From: Solirubrobacterales bacterium
GTDB lineage: Bacteria; Actinomycetota; Thermoleophilia; Solirubrobacterales; JACPNS01
DNA length: 51,936 nt
Reading direction: 5' to 3'
Assembly: GCA_049608465.1 (NCBI GenBank)
Contig: JBMYXO010000004.1
Span: 5,187-57,122, forward strand
A program made the position numbers and the translations under genes. Below are positions 49,248 to 51,936 of this stretch, in pieces (within the stretch, counting starts at the first letter, position 1; each line of letters begins with the position of its first letter). The notes below the pieces were generated by a model that saw only the letters and a program-made list of their open reading frames with translations, searched no databases and was not told where the DNA came from.

Positions 49248-49644
49248 TGCCTTCTGGGCCACGTAGGTAACAGAGACGGTAAATGTCTTCGTACTGTGCG
49301 ACCTCGCCGAGCAGTTCTCCGTCGTGTTTGGCGATAGCGCTGGCAACCGTCTCGTCGATGTCGTCAACGGCGAACATGACGCGTCGCAGACCAAGTGCGT
49401 TGGGCGGTGCATTTTCTTGTTCGGCCCTAACGGCCTCGGGCGAGTGGAATTTGGTCAATTCCAACCGGCCGTGTCCGTCGGGGGTTTTCAACATGACGAT
49501 GTCGGCTCGAACGTTCTCTAGTCCCACTGTTTGATCCACCCATGGTCCCTCGACCTGGGTCGCGCCATCGAGAACCATTCCGAGATCGATGAAGAACGTC
49601 TGAACGACCGCGAGGTCGTCGACGACGATGAGCACGTTGTCCAT
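49216..49644 (-). CDS. VOC/glyoxalase-family protein
   Basis: 'MDNVLIVVDDLAVVQTFF', 'LRRVMFAVDDIDETV'. ATG 49644 (or GTG 49659) is preferred to the track start at 49830. Confidence 0.75.
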   Translation of the reverse strand: MDNVLIVVDDLAVVQTFFIDLGMVLDGATQVEGPWVDQTVGLENVRADIVMLKTPDGHGRLELTKFHSPEAVRAEQENAPPNALGLRRVMFAVDDIDETVASAIAKHDGELLGEVAQYEDIYRLCYLRGPEGIIVGLAEQLH

Positions 49645-49731
49645 GCGCTGGATTGCCACGAGCTCGAGGCTAGCTGAATCTTTCGATGCTGAATAGGGCA
49701 ACGATTCGAACTCAACGTATATTGAACGCCT

Positions 49732-50286
49732 ATGGGCAAGCTCATCTACGCGAACAACTGCTCGCTGGACGGATTCATCGAGGATGTGAACGGAAGTTTC
49801 GAGTTTTCCGAACCTGACGACGAGGTGCATCAGTTTTGGAACGACATGCTGCGACGGACCGGAACCCAGATTTACGGACGGCGCCTGTACGAGACGATGG
49901 CCGTCTGGGAAACCATGTCCGTCGAGAATGAACCCGCCGTTATGCGTGAGTTCGCCGAGCTTTGGCGGGGCCGCGACAAGCTGGTCTATTCGCGAACGCT
50001 CGACGCAGTCTCAAGTGCGCGCACCACGTTGGAGCACGAGTTTGATCCGACCCGGATACGTGAGCTCAAGACCGGCGACGAAGACCTCTTGATAGGCGGT
50101 CCCGAACTTGCCGCCGCCGCGTTCAGCTCAGGGCTCGTCGACGAAGTCGGACTGATGATATGGCCGGCGACGCTCGGAGGCGGTAAACCTGCGTTGCCGA
50201 CCGGGCAGCGGATTCAGCTCCAGCTGGTGAACGAACGTCGGTTTCCCAGTGGCGCTGTCTTCCTGAGCTACTCGGTCCAGAGCTAG
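49732..50286 (+). CDS. Dihydrofolate-reductase-like (RibD C-terminal domain) protein; same-family match (candidate paralogue) of 27453-28103
   Basis: 'SLDGFIED', 'LLIGGPELAAAAFSSGLVDEVGLMIWPATLGGG'. Confidence 0.75.
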   Translation: MGKLIYANNCSLDGFIEDVNGSFEFSEPDDEVHQFWNDMLRRTGTQIYGRRLYETMAVWETMSVENEPAVMREFAELWRGRDKLVYSRTLDAVSSARTTLEHEFDPTRIRELKTGDEDLLIGGPELAAAAFSSGLVDEVGLMIWPATLGGGKPALPTGQRIQLQLVNERRFPSGAVFLSYSVQS

Positions 50287-50354
50287 TCGTATCCGTTAGT
50301 TCACATAACGTCAATTGCCACGCCAGATGCCGAAGGGGATAGGACATATGGCTA

Positions 50355-50651
50355 GTGGGAGTAAAAGTACGCACTCAGTTGACCGCCACGTTCGAGGGGT
50401 TCAAAGAACCAAGAACGTTTGAAAAAGACGGCCGCACCATCCCTGTGCAAGGGAAGCTTCAGTTCCTCGTGCGGGACCAAGAGTCTGGTGCTCTAGACGT
50501 TCACGAGTTCACCCAAAAGGCTTGGCAGGCGGGAGGCGGTCCGCCCTACATGGATATCGAAAACGGAACGTGGTTCACGATCACCGGAACCGTGGACCTC
50601 GGTGCCGATCGACCGTGGCTCCGCATCGAGAACGTCGAGCAAGCTGCATGA
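50355..50651 (+). CDS. Hypothetical 98-aa protein, possible OB-fold ssDNA-binding (gene-V-like) protein
   Basis: GTG start with agga 10 nt upstream. Beta-rich pattern 'VKVRTQLTATFEGFKEPRTFEKDGR...WFTITGTVDLG...LRIENV'. Confidence 0.45.
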   Translation: MGVKVRTQLTATFEGFKEPRTFEKDGRTIPVQGKLQFLVRDQESGALDVHEFTQKAWQAGGGPPYMDIENGTWFTITGTVDLGADRPWLRIENVEQAA

Positions 50652-50866
50652 ACGCTCAGCTCGCGGTCGACACGTTAAAGCTGCTCAACCGGCTCGCAGT
50701 CGATCAAGGAATAACGCTAAGCATCAACTACAGCGATCAGGCTCCTGTCGAAACTGCGTGGCACGTCTCTACGTCTACGGGAGAGGGTGCGCTCGGAGCG
50801 GACCTGCTCGAAGCACTGCAAGAAGTCCAGCAGCGAATCGTACGTTCGCACGAAATTCCGGCGTAG
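50648..50866 (+). CDS. Hypothetical 72-aa protein
   Basis: ATGA overlap with the preceding stop. Third-position GC about 62% by hand count. Confidence 0.4.
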   Translation: MNAQLAVDTLKLLNRLAVDQGITLSINYSDQAPVETAWHVSTSTGEGALGADLLEALQEVQQRIVRSHEIPA

Positions 50867-50879
50867 TGCGTTGGTACAA

Positions 50880-51605
50880 GTGCGAAAAACATCGGCGAGC
50901 GGTAGCAATAGCCACAGCGGTTTCATTAACGCTCTGGCTATTGCTGCCATCGTCGCATCCTTCCTCTTTCTGTCCGTTCTGAAACCGAACGTTGCGCTTG
51001 CGGTTGAGTCGACCACGTACACGATCGACAGAACGCTAACTGAAACCAGAGGCGTCCACACGAACAGCGGTTCAGTAACCGCGACTCGGTCCGGGGCGCT
51101 CGCTGCGTGCTTGGCTGCAGACGTAATACCTGACCTCGAACTTCTCATCGAAGCCAATCCACTCGGTCTAGAAAACGACTACTCGCTCAACGTAAGAAGC
51201 ACAAGTTCCGTCATGGGATCGTCTAGCGGTGTCAACAAAATCGGCGTTGGCGTGGTCGTTGATGGCGTGTTAGAAGCTCGCTCGACACGTTACGGAACTG
51301 CGCAGGGTGGAACACTCAATCTCGACACCGTAAACACCGAACTGAATATCCCCGAACTGGATGTGACGACTACCCACACGGTCGGGATCGCTGTCTGCAC
51401 AACCTACGGAACTTCCCTGAGCACCGGAAACATGACCCTCGAAATTACGGGTCAAAAGTCAACGGACGTAATAGCGGTAACAGCAGTTGATGATCCCGTC
51501 GCGAACTCGGACAACACCGGGGTCGAAGACAACCTCGCTCGGCTCGCGGGACTCATAGCAGCCGCGATCGCCTCGTTCCCACTAACAAAAGCTTTCCTCC
51601 TGTGA
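50880..51605 (+). CDS. Secreted protein with a C-terminal hydrophobic anchor (start uncertain, 50787-50880)
   Basis: Signal-like 'RKTS..FINALAIAAIVASFLFLSVLKPNVALA|VE', Thr/Ser/Gly-rich beta-type body, C-terminal 'LARLAGLIAAAIASFPL'. Confidence 0.5.
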   Translation: MRKTSASGSNSHSGFINALAIAAIVASFLFLSVLKPNVALAVESTTYTIDRTLTETRGVHTNSGSVTATRSGALAACLAADVIPDLELLIEANPLGLENDYSLNVRSTSSVMGSSSGVNKIGVGVVVDGVLEARSTRYGTAQGGTLNLDTVNTELNIPELDVTTTHTVGIAVCTTYGTSLSTGNMTLEITGQKSTDVIAVTAVDDPVANSDNTGVEDNLARLAGLIAAAIASFPLTKAFLL

Positions 51606-51712
51606 ACGTCGACGCGTTCACGGAAGGATTGGTCCTCGGCCTGACTGTATGGCTGACGACGCTGGCCGGAACAGCAGGCATTCGGCTGTTCCGAAAAGTC
51701 CTAAGCATCTGA
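51602..51712 (+). CDS. 36-aa single-TM peptide, coat-protein-like (not on the supplied ORF track)
   Basis: GTG overlaps the upstream stop (GTGA). 'VNVDAFTEGLVLGLTVWLTTLAGTAGIRLFRKVLSI': acidic N-terminus, TM segment, basic C-terminus. Confidence 0.4.
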   Translation: MNVDAFTEGLVLGLTVWLTTLAGTAGIRLFRKVLSI

Positions 51713-51729
51713 GAGGGGGTGAACAAACT

Positions 51730-51936
51730 ATGCAGACAATCAAGAATCTCGCCTCACGTGGCTACGTGAAGGCTGGTGTCGTTGGTTCCGGAGCCGCTCT
51801 CGCGGTACCGGGCCGCGCTCTCGCTGCGCAGGACTACAGCGACGTCGGCACCGCTGCAACCGGAGAGATCACAGCCGTGATCCCGGTCGCGCTTGGTGTT
51901 CTTGCGCTTGCCATCGGAATTCCGTTGGCGATTCGC
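51730..51936 (+). CDS. Major-coat-like precursor with a signal peptide, 3' partial
   Basis: ggggg(tg) SD upstream of ATG 51730. 'MQTIKNLASRGYVKAGVVGSGAALAVPGRALA|AQDYSDVGTAATGEITAVIPVALGVLALAIGIPLAIR...'. The frame is open to the window end. Confidence 0.5.
   Translation, partial: MQTIKNLASRGYVKAGVVGSGAALAVPGRALAAQDYSDVGTAATGEITAVIPVALGVLALAIGIPLAIR

Larger units (their letters stand above)
50290..51936 (+). mobile_element. Candidate filamentous-phage (inovirus-like) prophage module; left edge approximate, right edge beyond the window
   Basis: GC drop, five co-directional overlapping or closely spaced small genes, and two coat-protein-like peptides. No integrase, Rep or Zot-like ATPase is in view. 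Confidence 0.4.

Noticed and set aside
50293-50318. A dif/XerD-arm-like half site on the reverse strand (ttatgtgaac) and a 5-bp inverted repeat, cgtta ... taacg, at the left edge of the low-GC block.
   Set aside because: Only one half-site-like stretch, and no matching XerC arm or 6-nt central region. The repeat is too short to be significant without the other prophage end.
50348-50422. 24-codon ORF starting at ATG 50348 with a GAAGGGGA Shine-Dalgarno sequence 9 nt upstream. It overlaps the start of the 98-aa gene in another frame.
   Set aside because: It is very short and there is nothing to support its translation. It could instead indicate a frameshift or start ambiguity of the 98-aa gene. 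Noted but not called.
1-51936. Searched by eye for CRISPR repeats, rRNA/tRNA genes, transposase or integrase genes, toxin-antitoxin pairs and known defence-system signatures.
   Set aside because: No regularly spaced direct repeats and no intergenic gap longer than about 220 nt. Every sizeable ORF is accounted for by housekeeping or metabolic motifs, apart from the terminal low-GC block.

Overview
High-GC (about 55-70% in hand-counted lines) chromosomal segment with the gene order typical of Actinomycetota. About 34 kb is the conserved housekeeping backbone: coaBC(partial)-rimP-nusA-infB-rbfA-nrnA-truB-ribF-rpsO-(peroxiredoxin)-pnp-M16 peptidase-dapB ... dapA-rnj-ftsK-RodZ-like-cinA-recA ... 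miaB-miaA-dapF-dapL-hflX-dut. Next come envelope and metabolic genes: a CPA2 antiporter, gatD-murT, a class II amidotransferase, a cyclophilin lipoprotein, an FMN glutamate-synthase-like protein, a flavin monooxygenase and an MFS sugar porter. From about 45.1 kb the content is accessory: a soluble PAS-PAS hybrid kinase, DUF2294 plus an ECF-like sigma factor, a hydrolase, a VOC protein and a RibD_C-like protein. The backbone is interrupted between dapB and dapA by a TetR / cupredoxin / DUF1501 / DUF1800 block. The most unusual part is the last ~1.65 kb (about 50290 to the window end). GC drops to about 50% there, and five tightly coupled small genes have the architecture of a filamentous-phage (inovirus-like) module: a gene-V-like 98-aa protein, a 72-aa protein, a secreted C-terminally anchored protein, a 36-aa ORF below the 60-aa size of the smallest ORFs on the supplied track that has an fd pVIII-like C-terminus, and a signal-peptide-bearing major-coat-like precursor cut by the window end. 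A LexA-type SOS box lies inside a plausible recA promoter. I saw no rRNA, tRNA, CRISPR array, transposase or integrase. All functional calls rest on motif recognition by eye, not database searches.
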